From Candidatus Nomurabacteria bacterium (GTDB taxonomy: Bacteria; Patescibacteriota; Saccharimonadia; Saccharimonadales; CAIOMD01): a DNA stretch of 64,000 bases. The notes under the pieces are model-generated. The model was not told the origin of the DNA and ran no database searches. It saw nothing but the letters and a program-made list of their open reading frames with translations. The position numbers and the translations under genes were made by a program. The stretch lies in assembly GCA_020631975.1 (NCBI GenBank), contig JACKGO010000003.1, forward strand, positions 42,973 through 106,972. Direction: 5' to 3'. Of the stretch, positions 29,830-38,718 are shown in pieces (the first letter of the stretch is position 1; every line of letters starts with the position of its first letter).

Positions 29830-30978
29830 TTAACGATATATATAGTTTTGGAACGTAGACGTTGGTACCCAATCGCTGTAGCCTACTCTACCAAAGCCTG
29901 CAATACCATTCATATCAGAATACTTCATCATAGTGCCATCAGCTGAAACAGCCTCTACAACAGCAACGTGTCCCCACCAACTCATGGCATCGGTTTGCGC
30001 AACAGCACCAGGGACGGGTGTTTTGCTAACAGTCCACCCACTAGATCGGGCTCTGTTATCCCACGTATTGGCATTTCCCCAGTTGCTCGGCACTGCAACC
30101 CTGTTGGCTGCATACCACGTACAATAGCCGTAATAATAGCCATTGCCACCATACCGGGCTACAAAGTTATATGCAGGAGCAGTGTTTGAACTTCTATTAG
30201 CTGCGGCTGTAGATGAGGTACGTGACGCACGAGGAGTAACTGGCGGTTGACCACCGGCGATAAAAATAGTGTCGCCTGGCTTTAGGCCAGTGAGTTCTGT
30301 ATCGTTGACGGCTACAAGCTTTTCTGCGGAAGCTCGGTACTTTGCCGCCAAAGATTCAATAGTATCTCCGTCAGCAACCTGATACACAATACCATCAGAT
30401 GGTGGTATCTTGAGCTCTTTGCCTGAAGGTATGTCTTCAATTGCTATGCCATTTGACCACTTAATAGAATCTGCCGAAACTCCAAATTGAGCGGCGATTT
30501 TAGTTACCGTATCGCCTTCTACAGCAACATACGTAGTAATATCGTTTTTAGATTCTGAAGCACCAGTAACTACTTGTGGTTTGGCGACAACAGATTCTTC
30601 TGTATTTGCTTGTGTGAGCTGAGCTTTATATGAATCTGCTTGGTTAATAACCATCACTTCTTCTGGCATACTCGTCGCCAATGCAACATTTGCAGCAATA
30701 TCTGCAGATGACAGGGTGTCAAGTGGTGCAGATTCACCCGTGCTTGATTGCTGCCCAATAAATGACAACGTAGCACTTGAGCCTTGGCTGGCACTATTGT
30801 GCCCCACCCACACGAAACCAGTGACAAGCGCAATTACTGTTGCGTTTGCCAGCAATAATCCGTGTTTTTTAAAATTACGTTTAACAGTACGTGATCGTTT
30901 TTTACTAAATAATGATCGTTTTTTATGGATCATGGTTTTGGTATTTGCTACAGTCGTTGTTGATGGCTTGTGGGCCAA
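29830..30978 (-). CDS. membrane-anchored peptidoglycan hydrolase: 2 x LysM + C-terminal CHAP domain
   Basis: The LysM repeats are YVAVEGDTVTKIAAQFGVSADSIKWSN and YQVADGDTIESLAAKYRASAEKLVAVN. The CHAP Cys is in GYCTWYAANRV and the His in WGHVAVVEAV. The start is ambiguous. The track uses TTG 30978. An in-frame ATT at 30991-30993 sits 6 nt after a strong SD AGGAG (31000-31004). ATG 30933 (MIHKKRS...) has no SD. Confidence 0.8.
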   Translation of the reverse strand: MAHKPSTTTVANTKTMIHKKRSLFSKKRSRTVKRNFKKHGLLLANATVIALVTGFVWVGHNSASQGSSATLSFIGQQSSTGESAPLDTLSSADIAANVALATSMPEEVMVINQADSYKAQLTQANTEESVVAKPQVVTGASESKNDITTYVAVEGDTVTKIAAQFGVSADSIKWSNGIAIEDIPSGKELKIPPSDGIVYQVADGDTIESLAAKYRASAEKLVAVNDTELTGLKPGDTIFIAGGQPPVTPRASRTSSTAAANRSSNTAPAYNFVARYGGNGYYYGYCTWYAANRVAVPSNWGNANTWDNRARSSGWTVSKTPVPGAVAQTDAMSWWGHVAVVEAVSADGTMMKYSDMNGIAGFGRVGYSDWVPTSTFQNYIYR

Positions 30979-31208
30979 GGTAACGTTACTAATACAAATC
31001 TCCTGACCATATAATTGGTCGTTTCGCTGACACTATCGTTTATGCTTTCTTGTAATGGGGTATTTCTCGCCAAATACCCTGGCATTGCTAAGCGCCATAT
31101 AATCTGATAGCCGCGACCGATTTTTGGACCCTCTTTATGTTCTTTAGTTACATTTCTATAACCAAAAATCGTACTTTTTAGCTTAGCAAACCGTTACCTT
31201 GTTGTCAA
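30979..31208 (-). promoter_or_regulatory. promoter plus long structured 5' leader (candidate cis-regulatory RNA) of the LysM-CHAP gene
   Basis: The minus strand reads TTGACA (31203-31208), 17 nt, then TAAGCT (31180-31185). The leader then has P1 GGUCG/CUAUC (31106-31118) pairing with GAUAG/CGACC (31017-37). P1 encloses hairpins UGGC..GCCA (31080-97) and GGGUAUUU-GGCGAG-AAAUACCC (31058-79). An alternative hairpin GACCA-AUUAUA-UGGUC abuts the SD. Confidence 0.35.
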
Positions 31209-31237
31209 GCCTTAAAAACTTCTTTCACCCCTGTTAA

Positions 31238-32293
31238 CTAATAGTTTGCACACAGTTCTTTACAGTAGTTTTTAACGTTTTCTTCGTGTTCTTGTAGAGT
31301 TTTTGAGTAATATATATTGCCATCGTCGCCTGCCACAAAGTATAAATAATCTGTTGAAGCAGGGTTCGCGACCGCCTCTAGTGAAGATTTTGTGACATTG
31401 CCTATTGGACCAGGTGGTAAACCACCATATTTACGCGTGTTATATGGTGAGTCAATATTGGCTGAACGAGGCTGCCCCGTAGTGTCTGCAATATATTGAT
31501 ACGTAGGGTCAGACCCTAAGTTCATACCTTTTTGTAATCTGTTAAAAAAGACATTTGCGATGATACGTTGGTCTTCTGGGTTGGATGATTCTTTTAGGAC
31601 AATCGAGGCCATAGTAACTGCCTCGTGAATACCAAGCCCTTGTTTTTGAAATTTATCAATGAGCTCTGGGGTTAATACCTCTGCCATTTCATCTAGGGAT
31701 TGTTCCACAATATCTTTAGGAGTTGTTTTACTACTTGCATTAAACGTTTCTGGATATAAGTAGCCTTCTAATGACTGATCTGTTGGCTTGGCAACGAGTG
31801 CAGGATGCCCTTTATACTGCGCGGGGTCAAGTGCGGTATCTACATCTGCTTCAGAAAAACCAGCTTTAATGAGTGTGCTACGAATTTCGTCTATTCGCTT
31901 GCCCGGTAATATCGTTACCGCATTTTCTAAAGCTTTTCCCTGAGCGATGATATTAACAATATCTGGCGTGCTTTTAGAAGCATCGAGCTGATACACCCCT
32001 GCCTTTAGTCCATCAAACAAATCATTATTCCTGGCATAGGTTATCATTGCTCTAGAACTACGAATTACCTGCTTGTCTTCTAAGAGCTTGGCAATTTCTT
32101 GCACACTAGTTCCGGGTGGTATCTCTATAATCTCTAGACGTTGCTCACTACTTACCGGTTGTAGTTGCTTTTCGTACCACATTCTATAGCTAATAGAACC
32201 AACGAAGGCAGCAATGATAGCTACCACGATAATCAACATAATGTAGAACATTTTGCCGTGGTTTGCTTTACTCCTATTGTTTGCGTACTTCAT
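31238..32293 (-). CDS. mltG: endolytic murein transglycosylase MltG (YceG family)
   Basis: It has an N-terminal TM and YceG motifs (GYLYPETF, ASIVLKES, NRL..GM.L.SDPT, YNTRKYGGLPPGPI). The start is taken at ATG 32293, which forms an ATGA overlap with the ruvX stop. The track ORF extends to 32410. Confidence 0.8.
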   Translation of the reverse strand: MKYANNRSKANHGKMFYIMLIIVVAIIAAFVGSISYRMWYEKQLQPVSSEQRLEIIEIPPGTSVQEIAKLLEDKQVIRSSRAMITYARNNDLFDGLKAGVYQLDASKSTPDIVNIIAQGKALENAVTILPGKRIDEIRSTLIKAGFSEADVDTALDPAQYKGHPALVAKPTDQSLEGYLYPETFNASSKTTPKDIVEQSLDEMAEVLTPELIDKFQKQGLGIHEAVTMASIVLKESSNPEDQRIIANVFFNRLQKGMNLGSDPTYQYIADTTGQPRSANIDSPYNTRKYGGLPPGPIGNVTKSSLEAVANPASTDYLYFVAGDDGNIYYSKTLQEHEENVKNYCKELCANY

Positions 32294-32673
32294 ACATGCT
32301 CCGTTAAGTAGTCCTCTAATATTATACAGGCTGCAGCTGCGTCTAGGCCATGTGGCGTGCTTTCTGCGCGTTGTGCAGCAACGACACTGGTGAGTGTCTC
32401 GTCTTGCCATACAATTGTATATGCAGAAAGGTTATCTGCTACAAATTGGCGCGTGTACCGTGATTGTGCGGTTTCTTCTCCTTGCATGCTTCTCGGTAGC
32501 CCCACCACGATGACAGATACTTCATATTCTTTAACCAGTTGAGCCAAAACAGACCTAAACGCTGCATCGTTGGCAATGGTTGCTACAGGGCTTGCAATCC
32601 GAGCGATATTATTTCCCCTGGCTACACCTATGCGTTTTTCGCCTATATCAAGCGCAAAGAAGTTAGTTATCAT
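32290..32673 (-). CDS. ruvX: Holliday-junction resolvase-like nuclease RuvX (YqgF)
   Basis: 127 aa with ALDIGEKRIGVA... and the VVGLPRSMQGEE motif. Confidence 0.85.
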   Translation of the reverse strand: MITNFFALDIGEKRIGVARGNNIARIASPVATIANDAAFRSVLAQLVKEYEVSVIVVGLPRSMQGEETAQSRYTRQFVADNLSAYTIVWQDETLTSVVAAQRAESTPHGLDAAAACIILEDYLTEHV

Positions 32674-34309
32674 TATTGGTTACAAAAACTATAGATATTT
32701 TGCTCTCTTTTTTGGGAGTCTTGTTCACCCAAAATGGGCTGTAATCTACCTTTACGTCTTTAACACCTGGTATTTGTTTGAGTGCATCTGCAGTTTGTCT
32801 GGCATTTTTGCCAGCAATAAGACTCTTTATAGCTGCTTCGTCTTGTTTAACGCCTGCAATAGCCGTGGTATTCACCGTCATATCTAGTGTGCTTCCACTC
32901 CGTCCGTTTACATTAATAACTGCCGTCTTTATACCTGTATCAGCTATTGTTTGACCTTGGCCTGCTTTCTCAAGTGCTTCTTGTGTGATGAGCTCGTTAA
33001 GGCTATCTGCGTTGACACCAGACATAGTGTAGCGGTAGGTTGCTTTTGCGCTCACACTGTTGGCTTCTTGGCCAACCGCCGGCTCGCACGAACTACTCAC
33101 CGTATCTACTTTATAGGTATCTATACTCGCAGCTAAGCCAGCTTGTTCAAAATCTGTCATTAATTGCTTTTTTAGCTCATCTGAATTACTCGCAGCGTTC
33201 AGTTGATCTGTAAGGGCTGTGCAATCTTCTTGAGACACTATAGTAACAACTTTAGAGGTTCCCCCTCCCATGCCTTTACTGTCTTTTGCAGTAACAGTAG
33301 AAAACCCCGATACACTATAACTCCTTGCGCTCAGATTATATTCGCCACCCGCATTTTGGGCTATTACTTTAACAGATGATGATGGCTTATCGTTTTTACA
33401 TGTATTGCCGTTGAAACCACTTGGAGACACTTGCACACTCTCTTGTGTGATAAACGTATAGTTTCCATTACTTATGCCCGTTCCAGCAGGGATGGTACGA
33501 ACTACATCTGCCAATTTATCATCTTTACTACAATTAACCATTGTTACGCTACCAGTGGCTTTTTCACCAAGATCTTTTTTGCCTGTCGCTTCACCAGATT
33601 TTGTTTCTGCTTTATCTATCGTCTTAGTATCTAATTTAAAGACCTTTTCAGATACATTGTCTTCTTTTGTAGGGCTAGCTGTTATATCAATGCTCAGTGG
33701 TATTTCTTGTTGTTCTACACTTAGTGTAACCGTCGCTTTGGGCCAAACAAACACGGCAAAATAGAGCAGCATCAATAGTGCTATAACACCAGCTATGATT
33801 AAAAATAATTTAAGACGAAACTTCTCAAAATTAGGTACCGCAAGTTTTTTACTCTTTTTGGGTGTGTCTGGTTTCTTAGCCGCTGTATCTTCTGGTGTGG
33901 TGTTATCTATAGTAATTGTTTCATCGGTATCACCAGCCAACTCACCAATTGGTTTTGTTTTATCTATGGTTGGTTCGGCATCTAGTTCAGGTGCCTCTAC
34001 AGCATCGTCGAGGTCGGTATCCGGTTCGGCTAACGCAGGAATAGCTGGCTTAGACTGTAACCCTTTGGCAACATACATACCGGTAGCTGCTGCAAGTGGC
34101 ATTAATGCCTTCTCGTTGGTAATTAGAACAAGGTTTTTATTATTATCATTCGCAGCTTTGTTAAGTATCTTCATATTAACCGAGCTATGCAACATGGTAA
34201 AACGCTTTGGCAGTACGAGCGCAACAACTTTAGACCGGCTAGCCACTACTTTATCTACGACAGCTGCGATTTCATCATCACTATCAATGTAAATTATGTC
34301 TTTTTTCAT
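32663..34309 (-). CDS. hypothetical bitopic membrane protein coupled to ftsA
   Basis: 548 aa. It has a ~90-aa cytoplasmic N-domain, an acidic/Pro-rich linker, one TM helix (LFLIIAGVIALLMLLYFAVFVW) and a ~350-aa Thr/Ser/Val-rich ectodomain. Its start overlaps the ftsA stop (ATGA at 34306-34309). Confidence 0.5.
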   Translation of the reverse strand: MKKDIIYIDSDDEIAAVVDKVVASRSKVVALVLPKRFTMLHSSVNMKILNKAANDNNKNLVLITNEKALMPLAAATGMYVAKGLQSKPAIPALAEPDTDLDDAVEAPELDAEPTIDKTKPIGELAGDTDETITIDNTTPEDTAAKKPDTPKKSKKLAVPNFEKFRLKLFLIIAGVIALLMLLYFAVFVWPKATVTLSVEQQEIPLSIDITASPTKEDNVSEKVFKLDTKTIDKAETKSGEATGKKDLGEKATGSVTMVNCSKDDKLADVVRTIPAGTGISNGNYTFITQESVQVSPSGFNGNTCKNDKPSSSVKVIAQNAGGEYNLSARSYSVSGFSTVTAKDSKGMGGGTSKVVTIVSQEDCTALTDQLNAASNSDELKKQLMTDFEQAGLAASIDTYKVDTVSSSCEPAVGQEANSVSAKATYRYTMSGVNADSLNELITQEALEKAGQGQTIADTGIKTAVINVNGRSGSTLDMTVNTTAIAGVKQDEAAIKSLIAGKNARQTADALKQIPGVKDVKVDYSPFWVNKTPKKESKISIVFVTNNDN

Positions 34310-35586
34310 ATCTTGAGTAATTTATTAAATCTTCCTTTGATAGTTTCTGATTCAGCTTCATATTGCAAAACAGTATCCATACCCACACGTAAAAGCCCCA
34401 TGGCCGTTATAAGGGTGTGATCGTTCACTAAATTTGTGCTGTCATGTATGCCAGATACTTGGTTCGGCGAAATAAACTGAACTTGTGGTTTTTTGGTAAA
34501 CGGTAAGTCTTTATACCAGTTGCCTTGGCTTAATTCATCACGTATAAGCTGCAAACTAGAACCACCACCACATAGTAAAATACGATTAGGCAGATGATCT
34601 AGCCTAGTAAACTCTTCTAGCGCTAAAGATATACCACTAGACCATACCGAAAGCGTCTTGGTGAGGGCTTTTTCTACAGATTTTCGTTTGGCATCTGGAG
34701 TTTTACCATCACTAAGCCCGAGTTTTAAGGCTTCTGCTTGTTCAAAACCGACACTAAAATCACGCTCAATAGATTTAGTAAAGCTACGGCCGCCAATACC
34801 ATACATAACTGTACCTTCTACACCACCTTCATTTACGACAGCAATGTCTGTAGTGCCACCACCAACATCTATAAGTACTGCACTTATATCAGCGTTTGGG
34901 TCATCACCAATGACAGAGCGTGCAACGGCAAACGGTTCAGCGGCAACCGTTATTAAATCTAGGTCTAATTGTTCTGCCACACGTTCGATTGCACCAATGT
35001 GCACCATAGGTGCAAATGCTGTGTACAGCTGGACATGAACGTCTTTACCCTGAAAACCAATTGGATTAGTAACGCTATACCCATCTATTTCTATAGATAT
35101 AAGCGCGCTATTAACAAGTTTTAGAGCAATATCCTTGCCACCAGTGTCAATGCTAAGTTGTTTTTTGGCTTTATCGTGCGCCCGCTGTTGCACGAGGGTA
35201 AATATACGGTCAATTTCTGTTATATCAATTTCTTTATTTGGTTCTTTGCGTGTTACTCGTACATTAAGGGTAGAACCTTTCACTAGCTCTCCGGCAATAC
35301 CAACAACGGCACTACGGCCACTGGTATTTGCCTGTTGCTCTGCTTGCGCTAAAGCTTTGTCGCAGTTAGCAATCACAGCTGCTATGTCTGCAATGGCACC
35401 TGCTTGCATGTCTGTTTGGCTCTGATGTTCCCTACCTACTCCAATGATCTCTAGTTCATTATTATCATCAACACGGGCAATCAATGCTTTCACAAATTCC
35501 GTACCAATATCAAGCCCAATCATCAATTTATCATCTGAAGATTTTCGTTTAGACTCCTTGGTCTTGGCTTTTAGTTTACTAAGCAT
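34306..35586 (-). CDS. ftsA: cell-division actin-like ATPase FtsA
   Basis: 426 aa. Actin-fold phosphate motifs are IGLDIGTEFVKA, LIDVGGGTTDIAV and LLCGGGSSL. The C-terminal amphipathic helix is KGRFNKLLKI. Confidence 0.75.
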   Translation of the reverse strand: MLSKLKAKTKESKRKSSDDKLMIGLDIGTEFVKALIARVDDNNELEIIGVGREHQSQTDMQAGAIADIAAVIANCDKALAQAEQQANTSGRSAVVGIAGELVKGSTLNVRVTRKEPNKEIDITEIDRIFTLVQQRAHDKAKKQLSIDTGGKDIALKLVNSALISIEIDGYSVTNPIGFQGKDVHVQLYTAFAPMVHIGAIERVAEQLDLDLITVAAEPFAVARSVIGDDPNADISAVLIDVGGGTTDIAVVNEGGVEGTVMYGIGGRSFTKSIERDFSVGFEQAEALKLGLSDGKTPDAKRKSVEKALTKTLSVWSSGISLALEEFTRLDHLPNRILLCGGGSSLQLIRDELSQGNWYKDLPFTKKPQVQFISPNQVSGIHDSTNLVNDHTLITAMGLLRVGMDTVLQYEAESETIKGRFNKLLKI

Positions 35587-35629
35587 ATCCGTTTAATAAT
35601 ATCATATTTAGCATGTACATAAACAGAGG

Positions 35630-36661
35630 TTACGCGACAATACCACCACCTACCACACGGTCATCCTCGTAAATAACAACAGATTGGCCAGCGGTAATAG
35701 CCCGTACAGGGCTATCTACATGCAGAGTATCTAGAGTATCTTTAAATGATGCTCTTGCCAGTGGTGCACGATGTCTTGTACGTATATCGTAAGGTTTTCC
35801 TAATTGCGGTGCCTGATTAATCCAGTGTGGGCTTGTTATTCGTAAAGATGTTCTCCACAGACGCTCGTCATCTAGCTGTGATGTAACGTATACAATATTC
35901 TTATCAATATCTTTTTCTATTACATACACTGGTAAACCACCAATCACACCAAGCCCGTGGCGTTGGCCTATAGTGTAAAAGATAGCGCCATCGTGAGTAC
36001 CTATTTCATTTCCATACTGGTCTATAACAGGCCCTGGCTGGGTCGTAACATATTGGCTTAAAAATTCTTTTATACCAACTTTACCAACAAAACATATACC
36101 CATACTTTCTTTTTTAGTAGCGGTTATAAGTTTATATTGAGCAGCTAACTTTCTTACGTACGTCTTTTTATAGTCACCGAGCGGGAATAACGTTTTTTTC
36201 AGTGTTGCACTGTTTACTCTATATAAAAAGTAGCTTTGATCTTTTGAATCGTCTTTGGCGGTACGTAGTTGCCCGTCTGTAGAACGGGCGTAGTGACCAG
36301 TAGCAATGTAGTCAGCACCATGCAGCATGGCAGTATCGAAAAATAGTTTAAACTTGATTTCTTGATTACACATAATGTCTGGGTTGGGTGTTGTGCCAAC
36401 TTTGTATGCCTCTATCATGTAATCAACCACTTTTGATTTATATTGCTCTTCAAAATCAAACAGTTGAAAGTCTATACCAAGTTGTACAGCAACACGCTTG
36501 GCATCTAGGTAGTCCTCTTTCCAAGGACACTCAAACCCTGGTAAATCCTTACTCCAGTTCTTCATATACGCACCAACTACACGGTAGCCGGCATCTTTTA
36601 AAAGTGCAGCTGTAACAGAGCTATCTACACCACCACTTAAACCTACGTAAACTGTTTTCAC
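35630..36661 (-). CDS. mnmA: tRNA 2-thiouridine(34) synthase MnmA
   Basis: It has the PP-loop VGLSGGVDSSV, catalytic-Cys contexts, and is 343 aa long. Confidence 0.9.
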   Translation of the reverse strand: MKTVYVGLSGGVDSSVTAALLKDAGYRVVGAYMKNWSKDLPGFECPWKEDYLDAKRVAVQLGIDFQLFDFEEQYKSKVVDYMIEAYKVGTTPNPDIMCNQEIKFKLFFDTAMLHGADYIATGHYARSTDGQLRTAKDDSKDQSYFLYRVNSATLKKTLFPLGDYKKTYVRKLAAQYKLITATKKESMGICFVGKVGIKEFLSQYVTTQPGPVIDQYGNEIGTHDGAIFYTIGQRHGLGVIGGLPVYVIEKDIDKNIVYVTSQLDDERLWRTSLRITSPHWINQAPQLGKPYDIRTRHRAPLARASFKDTLDTLHVDSPVRAITAGQSVVIYEDDRVVGGGIVA

Positions 36662-36685
36662 TAGATGTATAGTGTAGCAGATTTA

Positions 36686-37579
36686 TCAATCAAATGGGTG
36701 TTCACCCTTAGAAAGTTTTTGCTTAATACGGGTAACTTCGTATTTTTTACCTAGATAAAATGTTGTTATAACAAACGGTATGGCAAGTACGACAGGTTGC
36801 CATAGTACTTTTGTGATTGTCCTACCACTTTCGACCGCACCGGCGACATCTGCCTGTTTGATTTCACCATTTGCGATTGCGGTAAGTTGTAAAAAGCCAA
36901 CGTTGCCGTTTTTATCAGTCGCTTTAATAAGCGCTCGGTATACACCTGCCTGCTTAAACACATGTTTAATCGTAAACTCACCTGGAATGGTTATTGAATA
37001 CACATCAGCTTGGCTGCCATCACCCCAGTCTACACTCAGTGCATAGGGTGCGGTACCGCCAGTAATGACAATTGGCCAAGACAATGTTTCTGTTGGGTTT
37101 GCACCCCTCCGTGCGTATGAACTGGTTACTGTTATACGCTCTGCTAAATTTGGTCTCGAGGCACCATCGTTAAATGTAATTGCCACCACATTAGAATCTG
37201 GGCCCTGCTGGTCAAGTTCGTCTACATGCCGAGCCACAAGTTCGTTTCTGCCACTAAAAAGATCAATTGTAATGCTATAGCTACCGTTCCTACATTGGTC
37301 AGAACCGCTAAACACATTATTTTTATACAGTTTTACCAACAAATTACCTGTACAGATACCACGGACTTCTATAGGTATCGTAGATATCACCTGCCCATTA
37401 CCGGGCGTAGATATAGTTGGTGCGCTACTAGGTGGTGGTGAGCTTATTTTGCCTTGTAAGCCGATGCCACCATTTTGGGGGTTTTCAACTTGCGCAAAAG
37501 CAGTAACAGCCACCATGACCAACAATATACCACTACCTATGACTGCCGTTGTTAGTTGTGCCAATCTGTTATATGTCAT
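36686..37579 (-). CDS. exported PKD-motif protein with C-terminal membrane anchor
   Basis: 297 aa with a signal peptide. A PKD-like signature (LSVDWGDGSQADVYSI...YRALIKATDKNGN) is present. It ends in a C-terminal TM (PVVLAIPFVITTFYL) plus a basic tail. Confidence 0.55.
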   Translation of the reverse strand: MTYNRLAQLTTAVIGSGILLVMVAVTAFAQVENPQNGGIGLQGKISSPPPSSAPTISTPGNGQVISTIPIEVRGICTGNLLVKLYKNNVFSGSDQCRNGSYSITIDLFSGRNELVARHVDELDQQGPDSNVVAITFNDGASRPNLAERITVTSSYARRGANPTETLSWPIVITGGTAPYALSVDWGDGSQADVYSITIPGEFTIKHVFKQAGVYRALIKATDKNGNVGFLQLTAIANGEIKQADVAGAVESGRTITKVLWQPVVLAIPFVITTFYLGKKYEVTRIKQKLSKGEHPFD

Positions 37580-37630
37580 TGTTTTTTTACTTACATTACT
37601 TATCTATAAGTGTACTATGCCATCTGAATT

Positions 37631-37660
37631 AAAGCAAAAAGGGGCACTATATCGCCCCTT
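37631..37660 (-). terminator. rho-independent terminator after the DUF916-like gene
   Basis: The minus strand reads AAGGGGC-GATATAGT-GCCCCTT followed by TTTGCTTT. Confidence 0.6.
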
Positions 37661-37682
37661 ATTGCAGAAAACCCATTATGTG

Positions 37683-38666
37683 TTATTTACGTCGTGGATT
37701 AACTTTGTGTTTACGACTCTGGCGAAGCTTTCTATAAAGCAAGAACGCACCAACCAGCACTACTAAGAGCGCGGCAGCTAGTACTACAACAAGCCAAACT
37801 GGTACAACCCAAAATGTATTTTTTGCCGTAATGAGGTTACCTGCTGAACTATAGCCTAAGTTAGCGGTTATCGTATATTTACCAAAGAAATTACTATAGT
37901 TTACTTCGTCTGTAAATTTACGAGTGCTATTTGGCAGAACATTAGACTTTGGCTCGGTATTATTAAATTCATATTGCTCAACAGTGTTACCTTTATAGTC
38001 AGTAATCTGAATCCGGCCAAAAGGTTTAACATGGATGTTACCAGTGTTTTTAAGGCGCGTGACAATTTGTATGTTTTCACCACCACCAATAAAGAATCTT
38101 CCTGTTGAACCATTCTTTGCAGCCGTAAATTCTACAAGCTCAAGCGCTTCGTTCAAATCACCAGGAACTGTAACTAGATAAAGCGTACCAACACTTGCCG
38201 ATAAATTAACGTTCTTATCAGTTTCTACCGTAGGTTCTAAACGCACAGCGCCGTAGTAACCACCTGGGCTGGCACCTTCTGGTACCGTTACGACAACTGG
38301 TATATTTACACTACCACCAGCTGGAATATCTACCGTACCTAAATCACCTACAAGTGATTTAAAACTATTTCCTGGTGCAGTTTGGTCGCTCTGGAAGATA
38401 ACTTTTGGTTGGCCTGTTTCGTCTGTGGCTGCTTCAAAGTCATTTACAACGACATTTGCTTTAATTGCTCCTGATGTCGGGTTCATTGCTGTTACGGTTG
38501 TTTTTTCAGAACCACCTGGTTCTATTGTAAGCTCTGTGCGAACAGGTGAAATCTGAAAGCCATTACCGCTTTCTTGTGCAAACACAGCCTGTGCTAGTAA
38601 TGAACCAGCCACGACAAAAACTGCTGCCAAACTTAAAATCCTTTTGTGTTTCATATTCTCCCTCAT
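37683..38666 (-). CDS. exported, C-terminally anchored beta-rich protein, DUF916/DUF3324 (CscA)-like or PapD-chaperone-like
   Basis: 327 aa with a signal peptide. It has FQISPVRTELTIEPGGSEKTTVTAMNPTSGAIKANVVVNDF... and a second Ig-like-looking half. It ends in one TM (VVPVWLVVVLAAALLVVLVGAFLL) plus YRKLRQSRKHK. The family assignment is from recalled architecture only. Confidence 0.45.
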   Translation of the reverse strand: MRENMKHKRILSLAAVFVVAGSLLAQAVFAQESGNGFQISPVRTELTIEPGGSEKTTVTAMNPTSGAIKANVVVNDFEAATDETGQPKVIFQSDQTAPGNSFKSLVGDLGTVDIPAGGSVNIPVVVTVPEGASPGGYYGAVRLEPTVETDKNVNLSASVGTLYLVTVPGDLNEALELVEFTAAKNGSTGRFFIGGGENIQIVTRLKNTGNIHVKPFGRIQITDYKGNTVEQYEFNNTEPKSNVLPNSTRKFTDEVNYSNFFGKYTITANLGYSSAGNLITAKNTFWVVPVWLVVVLAAALLVVLVGAFLLYRKLRQSRKHKVNPRRK

Positions 38667-38718
38667 ATGTACTTTTTAATTACTTACTTTTAACTATATC
38701 AAAGCATAAGTTATTTTA

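Noticed and set aside
30979-31208. Calling the LysM-CHAP leader a c-di-AMP (ydaO-yuaA) riboswitch.
   Set aside because: The genomic context fits. However, I could not find the conserved ydaO elements (ACGGGGA/CCCGA-type pseudo-symmetric cores) by eye. It is kept only as an unclassified structured leader.
33795-34292. Many plus-strand ORFs of 60-220 aa antisense to long minus-strand genes (e.g. 33795-34292, 40564-41094, 49045-49710, 60727-61233, 1983-2339).
   Set aside because: Each is nested inside a well-supported gene on the opposite strand, has low-complexity composition and lacks an SD. They are shadow ORFs.
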